From: a virus
Reading direction: 5' to 3' (one strand)
DNA: 64,000 nt
Virus record (IMG/VR): IMGVR_UViG_3300021138_002011
Coordinates: 1-64,000 of that record
The stretch's first letter is position 1, and each line of letters begins with the position of its first letter. A program made the translations under genes and the position numbers. Below the pieces are notes generated by a model. That model had not been told where the DNA came from, made no database searches, and saw nothing but the letters and a program-made list of their open reading frames with translations. This document shows, in pieces, positions 46,169 through 56,007 of the stretch.

Positions 46169-47257
46169 TTATAAAACGCAAGATTCGCAATGCTCTTCGT
46201 CATCGTAATTGATAGATTCAATCATAGCTGGAGTATTTTCTGCATCCATTTTGCTACCTTGTTTTTCAACAAGTGAGTAATATATGGTTTTCAATCCCCA
46301 TACGTGTGCCTGCATTAGGTTCTTCGCAATTAATGTAGTCGGCACTTTACGATCTGGAAAGTGTTTTGGTGAATAGAAGGTATTGGTACTGATAGATTGA
46401 TCTATATACGCTGCTAATACAGCAGCAGTTTTTAAGTAGCTATCACAGTTTTTTTGATCCCACAGCAATTGATACTTACTTTTTAGCTTTTGATATTCTG
46501 GCACAACTTGTATAAATGACCCAGCTTTTGATTCTTTAACACTAATCAAACTCATCGGTATTTCAATTCCGTTTGTTGAGTTAATGACAACACTTGAACT
46601 TTCAACTGGTGCGATTGCCATTAGTGTTGAATTACGAACACCATATTGTTTCATATTAGCACGAAGATTTTCCCAATCTAACTCTGGTGTAAAATCTGCA
46701 AGTTCATTAACACCAGTTGCACGCAATTCCCAAGGGAACACTCCTTGTCCGTAACGTGTTTGACCACTATGCAAACATGCGCCGCGTTCTTTTGCTAATT
46801 CGACGGTGGCTTCTGTAAGATAGAATGCTTGATGTTCCATCCAAGATTTAACTTCTTGTAGAGCGTCTTTTTCACCATATTTGAAGTTGCGTTTTGCATG
46901 CCAATATGCAAGGTTTGTGACACCAATTCCAAGTGGTTGAATCTCATCATTACTAAGCTTGCTTTGTATGCTTAGGAAATCTTGATAATCAAGTATATTG
47001 CATAAGCTACGTTGTAGAATTCTGCAAGCACGTCGCATGTCTTCTGGGTTTCTAAATGCGCCCCAATTGATCGACCCCAGAGTACACAACGATATGCGAC
47101 CGGTATCATCGTCAAGTCGCTTAAATGATTTGGTCGGCAAAAGTATCTCGCAATTATGGACTAATATATTATTAGCAAAAAAGGAGTGTGTTCTATCTAC
47201 TGTGATATCATATACCGCTTCTGGTTTCGATATTTTTATTTTTCTAATTTTAATCAT
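46169..47257 (-). CDS. nrdA: NrdA fragment 3 (IntC2 + C-terminal extein)
   Basis: 35-aa IntC ending VHN, then CEILLP..., LCTLGS, GLKTIYY, terminal CESC. Confidence 0.93.
   Translation of the reverse strand: MIKIRKIKISKPEAVYDITVDRTHSFFANNILVHNCEILLPTKSFKRLDDDTGRISLCTLGSINWGAFRNPEDMRRACRILQRSLCNILDYQDFLSIQSKLSNDEIQPLGIGVTNLAYWHAKRNFKYGEKDALQEVKSWMEHQAFYLTEATVELAKERGACLHSGQTRYGQGVFPWELRATGVNELADFTPELDWENLRANMKQYGVRNSTLMAIAPVESSSVVINSTNGIEIPMSLISVKESKAGSFIQVVPEYQKLKSKYQLLWDQKNCDSYLKTAAVLAAYIDQSISTNTFYSPKHFPDRKVPTTLIAKNLMQAHVWGLKTIYYSLVEKQGSKMDAENTPAMIESINYDDEEHCESCVL
47153..47257 (-). mobile_element. split intein 2 C-fragment
   Basis: MIKIRKIK...VYDITV..THSFFANNILVHN|C. Confidence 0.92.
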
Positions 47258-48222
47258 AATATACGTCCATGTTTATATGTTATATTTTCTTTCAAGAATT
47301 GATCTAATTGGTCTGCATTAAGTCTAACATTCTTAACTCCGTTTGTTACCCATCTATATATCGATGATGCAGATGACAGCTTCTTCTTTTGCTCATCACC
47401 CCTATAGTAAGGATTATAACTTACTACTGCTAATCCTGCATTAATAAGTGTATTATTCACTTCTGATACTAGTTCTTCACGACCATTAGTAAATCTATTT
47501 TTTATAATCGTAACACTAACATTCAACACATTCTTCAATGCATCATCCATCTCTTTACGAAGTATATAATTACCATACCTGTTATTTGTAATCACATAGT
47601 TTACAATAACATCTATAACCATCTGCCTAGTAATATCAGGTTTAGCATTTGAGTTATTCACACCAATTGATCTTGCCGACTGTAACTTAGACTGCTCTTT
47701 AGTATTCTTACGACCCGCGTTCCAATGTACCCATTCCTTTGATATTACTTTCTCGTGATTTGTTGGTACCCTGCCTATCTTCTCACCAGTGATAGAATCT
47801 TTTACCAACATAGTATTGACCATAGACTCGCGAATACCTTCTATAGCTAACTTACGATATTTCTCATATTTTTTTGAGCGTGATAAGTTATACCATTCTT
47901 CCCGCGGATGCGATGACTTGTCTAATAACGTAAAGAACCATACTAACGATTTTTTCGCTGACTGTTCATATCGTGTCCCACTGTAAATTTTTGTTAATAG
48001 CAAATGCGACAAGAAATGCTCGCGAATTGTTAATAATACCAAATTGTTCTTATCATTACAATCCCCATCTAAGTTTCCGATTGGGCCTGTTCTACCTCTG
48101 CGATTTTTAAACATAAAGGTAGGGATGATATGATGCAACTCATAATAAATCTTTCCACCTTTCACTCTATTTTCTTCTTTAGCACGATTTATAATATTTT
48201 GATAAATTTTTCTATAGTTCAT
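47254..48222 (-). CDS. HNH homing endonuclease between nrdA fragments 2 and 3
   Basis: MNY.KIY..II, ELHHIIP, NLVLLT.REHF..H.LL; own ATAAATA promoter. Confidence 0.88.
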   Translation of the reverse strand: MNYRKIYQNIINRAKEENRVKGGKIYYELHHIIPTFMFKNRRGRTGPIGNLDGDCNDKNNLVLLTIREHFLSHLLLTKIYSGTRYEQSAKKSLVWFFTLLDKSSHPREEWYNLSRSKKYEKYRKLAIEGIRESMVNTMLVKDSITGEKIGRVPTNHEKVISKEWVHWNAGRKNTKEQSKLQSARSIGVNNSNAKPDITRQMVIDVIVNYVITNNRYGNYILRKEMDDALKNVLNVSVTIIKNRFTNGREELVSEVNNTLINAGLAVVSYNPYYRGDEQKKKLSSASSIYRWVTNGVKNVRLNADQLDQFLKENITYKHGRIL

Positions 48223-48279
48223 AGTGTTATTTCCTTTCTATTATTTATGTAAGTAATAGTATTTCTGTAAATAACGCTA

Positions 48280-48597
48280 CTATTTTATCAGTAACTCGTC
48301 AGTCTCCTCTAAATCTTGTGCTTCTACCCATCCTCTGTTAGTGGTGAATATCTTGTGATCAACCGTGCAACGTATGATTTGCCCCGATTCTGTTTCAATC
48401 TCTACTAATTCATCTACCTTTTTGGTTAGTATAGCATTTGAAATATTCTCCCATACTATTTTTTTGCCGTCCCACGACTTCGCTAATACAGTATCGTCAT
48501 AATACCCGTTAGTCCAGCTTTCTGTGAAGGTAGCAATATTTGTCTTAAGAATTTGTCCTGCATACTGTATCTCTATTTCTGTCTCACCTGTTAAACA
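48280..48597 (-). mobile_element. split intein 2 N-fragment, 105 aa
   Basis: CLTGETEI, CTVDHKIFT.NRGWVEA.DL...D. Confidence 0.92.
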
Positions 48598-49422
48598 ACA
48601 AAGATTGCTTTGATATATGGTATGATATTCTGGATCAAACGGGCCTTGATTCTGAACGTTGTCAATAAACACAAGATAGATACGTCCAGTATCTGTGCGT
48701 TCTTTAAGTATGCCACCTTTGAACACTTCTTCTGCACTCATAGTTTTTGTTCTTAGGTCTGTGCGTTTTTCATATTGAACATACAGTTCTTCAAACAGTG
48801 CAGTGTTTTTATAAAACGCTTCATAGAGATCTGGAACTTCGTTTGGATCAAAGAATGTAATGTTTTCTTGGTTCTTAAATCTACGCCAGAAAAATGCATT
48901 TAGAACTACACCATAGTCCATGTGACGAACTCTAGTCTCTTCTGTACCTTGGTTATTTTTCAACACAATTAGATCATCAAACTGGTGATGCCATAATGGG
49001 TAGAACACTGTTGCACTATTGTGGGCCAATAATAATTTGTCTGGTTCCATCCCTGCATAATAATTTTCATGTTCATCAATGCTAAAATCGGCATATTGAG
49101 TTGATACGTTAGGAGAAGTTACTTCTTTAACTTTATCTTTTTTGTTGATAACAGACACTACATAATCTCCTGTAGTAATATCACCACCCTTTACATATTT
49201 GATTTTTCCAAATTCATTGATTGCAGTAGGATGTGTGTCGCTCGTAATTAATTTAGCATCCGATGTTGATGTAATTTTTACTTGGTGTTCATGTGGAACT
49301 ATCGGTCTCATGACATTTAATACTTTACGATATACATCCGTTTGTGTTTCAATATCACAAGATAGTACCAAATCTCCCAATTTTACTTCATCAATTTTAA
49401 CTCTGTTCGATAAAAATTTCAT
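48280..49422 (-). CDS. nrdA: NrdA fragment 2 (IntC1 + 140-aa extein + IntN2)
   Basis: AHN|SATVFYPLWH...ERTDTGRIY...QSNLC|CLTGET; AAGGA RBS. Confidence 0.93.
   Translation of the reverse strand: MKFLSNRVKIDEVKLGDLVLSCDIETQTDVYRKVLNVMRPIVPHEHQVKITSTSDAKLITSDTHPTAINEFGKIKYVKGGDITTGDYVVSVINKKDKVKEVTSPNVSTQYADFSIDEHENYYAGMEPDKLLLAHNSATVFYPLWHHQFDDLIVLKNNQGTEETRVRHMDYGVVLNAFFWRRFKNQENITFFDPNEVPDLYEAFYKNTALFEELYVQYEKRTDLRTKTMSAEEVFKGGILKERTDTGRIYLVFIDNVQNQGPFDPEYHTIYQSNLCCLTGETEIEIQYAGQILKTNIATFTESWTNGYYDDTVLAKSWDGKKIVWENISNAILTKKVDELVEIETESGQIIRCTVDHKIFTTNRGWVEAQDLEETDELLIK
49018..49422 (-). mobile_element. split intein 1 C-fragment, 135 aa (atypical, contains block B)
   Basis: KIDEVKLGDLVLS, TSDTHP, YADFSIDEHENYY, AHN|S. 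Confidence 0.88.
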
Positions 49423-50326
49423 TTATTCTGTCCTTCAAGTCGGATGATATTTCTTTGTCGTCTAATATTGTTTTATAACCAAGAACCTCTTCGATTGCAA
49501 CAATACAATATTGACCTTTTCTGCAATTTTCTTTTTTTGGTATTAGTTGTAAATTTTGATAACTTCCTATAATTAATGGATGTATCTTGTTGACAAATCC
49601 GCCATATTTGGAAAATTTGTGATCAACAGCGTATCCATTCTTACCATAAATTATACCTAATTTGTTTTTTTCCGGATCGATGATATTTCCATATACAGCA
49701 ATCGATATTTTGGTAGCTGTTCTTACTGCATCACAATAACTGTCGTAATTATCATAACTAAATTTCTTCAAAACAGGCCCGTGTTCTGTCCGACTATTTT
49801 TAAACCAACGAATTAATTTTGCCTCGTGTTTAACAGTAGATGCCCGCGATAAAAAAGTTTCTTGACGATTTTTAATTTTAGATTGGTATTCATTCCATTT
49901 GTCTTTGCCGATTGTTTCTCCAAACCTCGTTATATATGATTCCAATGAAGGGAGACGACCTATATCAGACCTATATTGTTGTGCTCGTATTTCAGCATCT
50001 TCTAACGAATACCCTTTAGATACCCAGTGATTTGAATTTGACGGGGTTGTTTTTTGTTTTTTTCGTGTTTTTCGTTTTTCATTAATTAAAAGAACTGCTT
50101 CTTCTTCAGTTTTACCCCGAGATATATAATATTCAATTGACCACGGGCTATTTTTTGCCCTATCTTTTCGAAGGTTTTTGTCGATTTTGTTAAACTCTTC
50201 GCCACACTTGAATTCTTTGAGATACTCATTTAAATTCATTCTGTTATGTCTCATAGTCAGATGTCGTTGTAACTGGCTCACGTTAGCCGAGCAAATTTTG
50301 CAAATATGCATCTCTTTCATCATCAC
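49397..50326 (-). CDS. putative HNH-type endonuclease between nrdA fragments 1 and 2
   Basis: C2H2-like N-terminus, YITRFG..G..KW, VDHKFS...NLQLIP..EN..KG. Confidence 0.8.
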   Translation of the reverse strand: MMMKEMHICKICSANVSQLQRHLTMRHNRMNLNEYLKEFKCGEEFNKIDKNLRKDRAKNSPWSIEYYISRGKTEEEAVLLINEKRKTRKKQKTTPSNSNHWVSKGYSLEDAEIRAQQYRSDIGRLPSLESYITRFGETIGKDKWNEYQSKIKNRQETFLSRASTVKHEAKLIRWFKNSRTEHGPVLKKFSYDNYDSYCDAVRTATKISIAVYGNIIDPEKNKLGIIYGKNGYAVDHKFSKYGGFVNKIHPLIIGSYQNLQLIPKKENCRKGQYCIVAIEEVLGYKTILDDKEISSDLKDRINEIFIEQS

Positions 50327-50468
50327 TTCCCATATAGGCTAAAATAGTTAGCACATCAGTTATATTTATCACTTTGTCATCTTTTTTAATTATGTCACCT
50401 TGATAATAATTTTTGCCGTTAAATTCAAATCCAGTTAATTTGTCTACATATGAGTCTATGTGTACACA
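50283..50468 (-). mobile_element. split intein 1 N-fragment, 61 aa (block A only)
   Basis: CVHIDSYV follows the extein junction; no TxxH. Confidence 0.8.
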
Positions 50469-51401
50469 TGCGTTCCTGATTCCGCCCTGACTGCATGATC
50501 TTAGATCGCCAAACCATTTCTTTAAAAATGGAATCATACCAGTGTGCATGATTTCACCGCCTCTGATAGGACTTCCCAATGGTCGCAATCTGCCAATTTC
50601 CAACCCAATGCCAGCACGTTTGCTAGCATATTTTGCCATCATTTCTCCTGATGCAAAGATACTGTCTAGGTCATCGTCACTACGTATAAGCACACACGAA
50701 CTAAACTGTTTGGTTGGTGTCCCTAGTCCTGCTAATACAGGCGTGGCAAGAGTAAACAAGCCCTCTGAAGCAGACTGATAGTATTCTTTGATGTATCGCA
50801 TACGAGCATTATTTGGTTCCTCTTTATGAAAAACCGTAGCCGCAGCTATCATATACCGTATTTGTGGTGTTTCATAAATATTTTTCGTTGCACGATTTCG
50901 AACTAGATACTTTTCGATCAACTGCTCAATTGCTGCGTAACTATACTGTTCATCTTTTTCATGATCCAGCATTTCATTCATTTTGTTCCAGTCATCTTCA
51001 GTATACCAATCAAGAAGATCTGCAGTGTATAATCCCGTATCTACATTTTTTTTAACAACTGAATATAGATGAGGAACTTCATACGTACCGTATACGTCTT
51101 TTCGTAGCATACTTAAACGTTGCTTTCCTGCAACGTACTGATAGTTGGTATGCCCAATTCCTGGGTTGATGTCTACGTCAATTAAATCAACTATAGCTCG
51201 CAGTGTTATACCATCAATTTCAACAGTTGATATTCCGTTATAAAAATGCGGCTGCGCTTTGATTTCGATCATTGATTGGCTAACGTCTGCTATGTTTTTG
51301 CAAACTTTGGCAATTTGTGCTTGCCATTTACCAATGTTAAGTAACTCTCGGTGTCCGTCGCGCTTGGTGACGTAAATTTCTCCCTGTCTTTGGGCGGCCA
51401 T
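50283..51401 (-). CDS. nrdA: NrdA fragment 1 (ATP cone + N-extein + short IntN1)
   Basis: VTKRDG, ETPQ, TPVLAG, QFSSCVL, CSQGGIRNA|CVHID. Confidence 0.93.
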   Translation of the reverse strand: MAAQRQGEIYVTKRDGHRELLNIGKWQAQIAKVCKNIADVSQSMIEIKAQPHFYNGISTVEIDGITLRAIVDLIDVDINPGIGHTNYQYVAGKQRLSMLRKDVYGTYEVPHLYSVVKKNVDTGLYTADLLDWYTEDDWNKMNEMLDHEKDEQYSYAAIEQLIEKYLVRNRATKNIYETPQIRYMIAAATVFHKEEPNNARMRYIKEYYQSASEGLFTLATPVLAGLGTPTKQFSSCVLIRSDDDLDSIFASGEMMAKYASKRAGIGLEIGRLRPLGSPIRGGEIMHTGMIPFLKKWFGDLRSCSQGGIRNACVHIDSYVDKLTGFEFNGKNYYQGDIIKKDDKVINITDVLTILAYMGSDDERDAYLQNLLG

Positions 51402-51487
51402 GTTTTGTCCTCTTTCAAATATTTTGATAACTGTTATGAGCAGCTAAGCTCGAGAGCTGAGTATTTACGCGTCATAAAGTCGCATCG

Positions 51488-52012
51488 TTATTTTTTTATT
51501 ATATTACCAACCGATGCAATAGTCCTAGATTTTAATAGGAAATGATGGTTGTCTTGGTAATCATATATCTGCTGTATGTTGTATGTTTTTGTAACTGTTT
51601 GATTATCAATTACTTTTTGATACTCTAAATTTAATAACCATCTGTTATCAACACTCAAAATAATTCTCTGTATTGCGCGAATTTGATCGCTTACAAGAAT
51701 AAGTTGTAGTCTATTGCCGATCCATCTAGCATCTTGTGACAACAGCAACGTATAAAACATTCCTACTGCAACGGCACTTTCGTCAAATATGTTATTGTGT
51801 ATAAAAGTCCAAGGATCGGGCCAAGATTTCGGCTCATCCCAGTCAAGTGTTCTCACTGATATTGGAGCATTACTCCAAAACTGTGTAACTAATTCCAAAT
51901 GTTGTTTATCCGACAAACCATCTGTTAAATTTTTGCGTAATTCTTTCCAACAACTCATAAAAGATTTAGAATTATCATTCATAAACTTAATATGTTCCAG
52001 AAAATCTTCCAT
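51488..52012 (-). CDS. conserved phage hypothetical protein
   Basis: WPDPW...A.GMFYTL motif. Confidence 0.65.
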   Translation of the reverse strand: MEDFLEHIKFMNDNSKSFMSCWKELRKNLTDGLSDKQHLELVTQFWSNAPISVRTLDWDEPKSWPDPWTFIHNNIFDESAVAVGMFYTLLLSQDARWIGNRLQLILVSDQIRAIQRIILSVDNRWLLNLEYQKVIDNQTVTKTYNIQQIYDYQDNHHFLLKSRTIASVGNIIKK

Positions 52013-52158
52013 ATGTCACCTATTGTATAGTAATAACTTAATGCACTATTTTTATGAGTGAATCAATTAATTGTTAGTGGTTGGATTCTAAACGACTTTA
52101 GACCAGGATCTACAGTTTTTGACAGCATTGACAACAATTTATAGATGTGAAAAAGGTG

Positions 52159-54756
52159 TCATGTTACGTTTACCAACGATGTTGCATCGGCTGTAGGAGT
52201 ATCTATACCGTTGCCTGTATGCGAACCTACGGTACCGATGATCAACGACAACTGGACAGAGTCGTAACTATAGGTTGTGTTATTGGTTGATACAGCACCA
52301 TTTGCGTTTAGTACAGCGCTGCCTTTGGCCAAATAACCAGATCCGGTTGAATGGTCACTTTCTGCCAAGTAGCAGTTAAGATATCCTTTGTTTGTTGACG
52401 CATAATTTGCAGTCTCTGTGGTTGTGCCATTATACGACCCGGTGGAGGATGTAGCATCTACAGAACCGCCATTTAATGCCAAATAGCCATATTGCAAGTT
52501 GTGAGAACCATTTGTGTTCATGGCCCACATACTGCCGTTAGTCTCGGCTGCAAACCCCGCTATATAGTTGTAAATGGCAAATCCATTGTTGGCAACTATG
52601 CTGCCCATTTCTGCCAAAAATCCATATCCAAGATTTTGTGAACTATCTCCACAATAGGCAGCATGAGCGTATCTTGCTTCAATTGCACCGCCGTTAAATG
52701 CGTGGAAACCTACGTCGCCTGCATCTGCAACATATGGTCCAGTTGATCCGTTATTTTGGCAATAGATATGACCACCAAGTTCTGCGCGCATACCGTAATA
52801 AAATTTATTGATATAAATGTTAGCCCCTACAACAATATTGCCACCTGCGTAGGCCCAGATTCCAAAACCATATGGATTTATTCCAGCATTCCAGGTATAA
52901 GTCCCTGTCCATCCATCTAGTGCGTTTATTGTAAAGCCATCTAGCAATCCAAGACTTTTGTCGTTTTTAATCAAGAATGCTGGGCTATAGTTGGCCTGAT
53001 AAAACTGAAGAACCACGTTTGCCGGCGTGGTTGTGTTGCCAATAATTTGTATTTGCGCACCTTGAGGATGTGTTATTTCAATTGGAACAGGCGATCCCGA
53101 GCTACCATATGTATATGTTCCATCTGCTACTTGTATTGTAACAACAGCACCGTTGTTAATCACTCTGTCATTTAGGTAATTAAGAGCTACTTTTATATCA
53201 GAAAACTGTGCAGGTACATGTAGTGTGCATGATGCACTTACATCGCCTATAGGTATTAGGCCACCGGCATAGCTAAAACTGCCAGGTCCATATAGCTGTG
53301 TTCCATAACTTAATGCGGAACTTGTTACAAGATATATAGTCTGTGGCGCATAAACTAGCGACCCGGTAGCTGCTGCTGCAACAAATGCCGCAGTATCGTC
53401 AGTGGTGCCGTCTCCAACAGCTCCGTAATCTTTAACATTTACAACATCGGCAAATCTGTTGGCCAGGGTTCTGGCCACAGCGGTACCTGTAGTAATAACA
53501 GTTGCAGAACTGGCATTACTGGAGGAATTGAATACTCCACTGTAACCTGAATATCCACTTGTACCCGATACACCCGTTAAATTAGTTTGCTGCGCGTCAA
53601 CAATTATATTTGTTGTTCCACTATCTATCACGCCTGGTGCAGTAGAAAATACGTCGCCCATACTGCCATTGAGTACAGATGCTGTGCCCCAATAAATGCT
53701 TTTAACGGATGTTGGTGTTCCTACGCTTTTAAATGTGTTGCCAATGCTTGTAACGCCCGGATTACTGCTGGCATCGCCTACATAAATTCCGTAATTGCTA
53801 ATGCTATAAAATTTTGTTTGTGTAACAGTTGTGTACTCAGGTCCGTTGTGTACAGGTGTTAAGCCAGCTACAATGCCTCTATACAGTTGATGTAGCGTAC
53901 AACGACTTAGGGTTGTGTATGCAACAGGGTCATTCATTAAAACGGCATTGGTAAACCCTTGTATATCACAATCTACAAGCTGCAAATCATGAGTGAATAC
54001 TGCATTGCCTATGCTGCTGCAGGTAAACGCAGAATCTGTTCCGGCAGAATTGCCGGCTACCCATCCACCTATTGCATTTACTCTCTCGTATCTAATGTGC
54101 GAGTATCTGGTTGAGTGCACCGCGCTAATTTGTTGTGAATTTGTACTGATAGTGATGTCACGTATGTGTATCTTGGTCGGAAGAACTGCGCCATTTAAAC
54201 CGATATTGGCTCCAGTTTGTCCGAGGCTGTCTACTGTTTCTAGCATATATTGCATAGATGTATCTGCCGCAGCAAGAATTGTTGTTCCGTTGTTGCCGTC
54301 ACCTATTATGCTCAAATACGGATACAGCAACAGTGTACTGTTTATTAGATAAGTACCTGCTGGAAAAAAGATCGAAACCGCAGTGTTGTTGGAAGCAGGG
54401 TATCCTTTAAGAAGTTCTGAAATGGCAGCATTAATCGCAGGGGCGTCGTCTGTTATGCCGTCGCCTGTTGCACCAAAGTCTTTAATGCTAGCAATATCGT
54501 CTAATTTTGCATGCAGCGTGCGCGAGATAGCAGATGAAAGATTTATGCCATTAGCACTATAAATTGTAGTTATCAATTCGTCGTTTTGGCTGTAGGCAGT
54601 TAACACCTCGGTGTTTGCTCCATACCCATTAGAATTGCCTATAAACAACTGCCGCGTATCAAGGCACCAACCAAACTCGCCTTCTGCTAGAGAAGCTGGT
54701 AAATCAGCATATAAACCTCTACGGTTTTGTAGTCTTGCAATTGTTTGGATGGCCAT
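52159..54756 (-). CDS. tail fibre/baseplate protein with Mtd-N-like head and two beta-helix (pectate-lyase-3-like) domains
   Basis: QNRRG...LP.LAEGEFGW..DT..LFIG; SIKDFGATGDG.TDD and NVKDYGAVGDG.TDD; SGYSGYSG linker. Confidence 0.8.
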   Translation of the reverse strand: MAIQTIARLQNRRGLYADLPASLAEGEFGWCLDTRQLFIGNSNGYGANTEVLTAYSQNDELITTIYSANGINLSSAISRTLHAKLDDIASIKDFGATGDGITDDAPAINAAISELLKGYPASNNTAVSIFFPAGTYLINSTLLLYPYLSIIGDGNNGTTILAAADTSMQYMLETVDSLGQTGANIGLNGAVLPTKIHIRDITISTNSQQISAVHSTRYSHIRYERVNAIGGWVAGNSAGTDSAFTCSSIGNAVFTHDLQLVDCDIQGFTNAVLMNDPVAYTTLSRCTLHQLYRGIVAGLTPVHNGPEYTTVTQTKFYSISNYGIYVGDASSNPGVTSIGNTFKSVGTPTSVKSIYWGTASVLNGSMGDVFSTAPGVIDSGTTNIIVDAQQTNLTGVSGTSGYSGYSGVFNSSSNASSATVITTGTAVARTLANRFADVVNVKDYGAVGDGTTDDTAAFVAAAATGSLVYAPQTIYLVTSSALSYGTQLYGPGSFSYAGGLIPIGDVSASCTLHVPAQFSDIKVALNYLNDRVINNGAVVTIQVADGTYTYGSSGSPVPIEITHPQGAQIQIIGNTTTPANVVLQFYQANYSPAFLIKNDKSLGLLDGFTINALDGWTGTYTWNAGINPYGFGIWAYAGGNIVVGANIYINKFYYGMRAELGGHIYCQNNGSTGPYVADAGDVGFHAFNGGAIEARYAHAAYCGDSSQNLGYGFLAEMGSIVANNGFAIYNYIAGFAAETNGSMWAMNTNGSHNLQYGYLALNGGSVDATSSTGSYNGTTTETANYASTNKGYLNCYLAESDHSTGSGYLAKGSAVLNANGAVSTNNTTYSYDSVQLSLIIGTVGSHTGNGIDTPTADATSLVNVT

Positions 54757-54840
54757 GTTGATTTACGCTCCGATATGTAGAATATTTACCTGCAAAATCT
54801 TTATACTTGACTTGAATGTTAAACTTGTTATAAAACAACT

Positions 54841-56007
54841 ATGCCATGTGAACCCGCAACACATACCGTAGATATAAGCAATCTGACTAATGCAGAACTG
54901 GTCGGTCTACATACATTGTTTGTGGATAAAGGATTTGATATCCGGTTCGTAGGTGGGTGTGTTAGAGATTTTCTTGTAGGACACACACCCAATGACATCG
55001 ATCTCTGCACAGATGCCAATCCGACAGAACAAATTGAAATTTATCAAGCTGCGAATATTCGTTATATTACAACAGGATTGCAACACGGCACTGTTTCTGT
55101 TGTGTTGAATAACATAACTTATGAAATTACCAGCTTGCGTCGAGATGAGAAAACTGATGGACGACATGCCACTGTGGCGTATACCCGCGATTGGTACACA
55201 GATTCAGAGAGGAGAGACTTTACTATCAATGCTATGAGCTTGACATTTAATGGCAAGCTAATTGACTACTTTAATGGTCTCGACGACCTGCACAATGGCC
55301 TTGTTGTATTCGTAGGCAATGCCGAGCAACGCATCCAGGAAGACTATCTTCGTATATTGAGGTGGTTTCGCTTCAGGGGGCGTTTTGGTATGAGCATGAG
55401 TTATTCTGCAAGGCGTGCTGTTGAAAAACACGCATCAGGTCTTGCATCCATTAGTCGCGAACGTGTATGGAGCGAGATTAGCAGTATTTTGTCCGGCAAT
55501 GACGGTCCCTACATTGTGATTGAAATGAAATCTCTTGGGATTTATCCACATATAAACCTAGGCGACATGCATGGCGACATTCTAGTATCGCAAAAAACAC
55601 ATGCCATTACCAGGAATCCTGTCACTCTCATGGTAAGCTTGTTCCACGACCAAGCATACAGAGTACTTGAAAATTGGAAAGCCAGCCGAGACGATCAGGA
55701 CTTGGCAAGATGGTTAGCTCTTGAAGAATGGTCTAACATCTCTCCATACAACTGGATGGCAGTTTCGGGTATTAGTAGAGAATGGGCAATGGAACTTGCT
55801 GCGCTTAGAGAGATGGATGCGTTTGATAGAGCTGTATTAGCAGAATGGGAGGTCCCAACGTTTCCTGTGTCTGGCAATGATATTATTGCTCTAGGAGTAG
55901 CTCAGGGTCCAGAAGTTGGTAAAATTCTAAGTGCTCTTAAATTATTATGGTCACAAAACAACTACGTACCAACGAAGCAGGAATTGCTCGATACTGTTAA
56001 TATCTAG
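54841..56007 (+). CDS. cca: CCA tRNA nucleotidyltransferase
   Basis: VGGCVRD, DIDL, RRDFTINAM, EDYLRILR.FRF, SRERV. Confidence 0.9.
   Translation: MPCEPATHTVDISNLTNAELVGLHTLFVDKGFDIRFVGGCVRDFLVGHTPNDIDLCTDANPTEQIEIYQAANIRYITTGLQHGTVSVVLNNITYEITSLRRDEKTDGRHATVAYTRDWYTDSERRDFTINAMSLTFNGKLIDYFNGLDDLHNGLVVFVGNAEQRIQEDYLRILRWFRFRGRFGMSMSYSARRAVEKHASGLASISRERVWSEISSILSGNDGPYIVIEMKSLGIYPHINLGDMHGDILVSQKTHAITRNPVTLMVSLFHDQAYRVLENWKASRDDQDLARWLALEEWSNISPYNWMAVSGISREWAMELAALREMDAFDRAVLAEWEVPTFPVSGNDIIALGVAQGPEVGKILSALKLLWSQNNYVPTKQELLDTVNI

Noticed and set aside
46169-51401. nrdA pseudogene or group I introns
   Set aside because: Each break is bounded by precise intein N- and C-terminal motifs, downstream fragments have their own starts, and catalytic residues are intact
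52159-54756. Diversity-generating retroelement target (Mtd-like N-terminus)
   Set aside because: No reverse transcriptase or TR/VR repeat pair seen in the window
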